Shown: one piece after another, positions 63,131 through 64,000 of the stretch | Layout of the letters: each line of letters starts with the position of its first letter | Numbering within the stretch: position 1 is the first letter of the stretch | Assembly (NCBI GenBank): GCA_013265495.1 | Contig: MU058418.1 | Coordinates: forward strand, 954,917 to 1,018,916 | DNA length: 64,000 nucleotides | Source: Vicugna vicugna | Lineage: Eukaryota | Direction: 5' to 3' | The notes under the pieces: generated by a model | The model's database searches: none | What the model was told of the DNA's origin: nothing | What the model saw: only the letters and a program-made list of their open reading frames with translations | Made by a program: the position numbers and the translations under genes

Positions 63131-64000
63131 CAAAATAATTGAACACATTTAGGTGAATGGACCCAGATATGGACAAGGTAAAAAATGAAGGTTAAAGTGT
63201 TATATAGGCTGATATATTAGAGAGAGGTCACATGATCCTCTAAAAAAGACAGGTGCCTTTTTTTGGATGCCGATCCCACAGAGAAGGACCAGAGAACTTC
63301 CTAAAGACGTTACCTTTAACCCCATCATAACTGCTGTCTGGCTTTGGTGACTGGTATCTTTTGAGCTGTTCTGGGTCATAGCATCCACCAGGTTACTTCT
63401 GGCCAAGCATGGCTCACTGACAGAGACTGTTCTTGGTTATTTATAGAAACTCTCAGTTACTGGGGTTCCAGCAGTGCTCCTCGTAACCCACCAAATGGAC
63501 AAATCCACCAAGAGGTGTAGACCTTCTGCTTCCATTTTCAGATGAAAAAAGCAAGGCTTTTAAAGAGCAGTGGAACCTACCAGGTGTTGATTTAGTCAAG
63601 ACTTTGCTGAGTACTCACTTTGTGCAGGGCTCCTGGTGAGCACTGTGGGACATGAGAAAGGACAAGACACTGCCTCTTATCATTGAGAAAGTAGGCAGAA
63701 GTGTTACTCCAACTCAGACCAGGGGAAAGAAAAAGCAAAGTGGGGAGTGAGAGAGATAAATTCTAGTTGGAAGGGCTGAGAAAAAAAATCTGGAAAGTCT
63801 GGTGGATACAGAAGAAGATATGTAAGCTGGTCCTTGAATGGTAGGGCTCCAGCAGGGTGGGGTGGCCAAAAGGAGCCAGAAGAGGGGCTGGTAGAGGTGC
63901 CTTGGGATGTGCCAGAGAGGAAAGTAAGGAGAGTCTGCGAGAGCTTAACATCCCAGGAGCTACTTCTAGGGCTACCTGAGAGAGTTAAACCACAAATTAA

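Overview
Mammalian genomic DNA, not prokaryotic. It is most likely camelid, because it carries five copies of a tRNA-derived SINE resembling Vic-1. The window holds ~47 kb of upstream intergenic sequence, then the promoter and coding exons 1-8 of NR2E1 (TLX/tailless) on the + strand. The eight exons splice GT-AG into one uninterrupted 995-nt frame; the last exon lies beyond the window. Upstream are several CpG islands without a coding gene, paired with AT-rich, motif-dense (SOX/POU/homeodomain) blocks that look like developmental enhancers, interspersed with L1, MaLR/ERV-L LTR, MIR/L2, Tigger/MER5 and microsatellite repeats. No second protein-coding gene is supported. The best leads are: a frame-preserving 84-nt candidate cassette exon in intron 1; a strong antisense splice donor just upstream of the promoter; a uORF-loaded 5' leader; a double-octamer/SOX enhancer candidate; an LTR retroelement with apparently mismatched LTRs; and a young L1 with an in-frame deletion of its Cys-rich motif. 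I see no clear evidence of a wholly new biological system. Repeat subfamily names and human comparisons are from memory and need checking.
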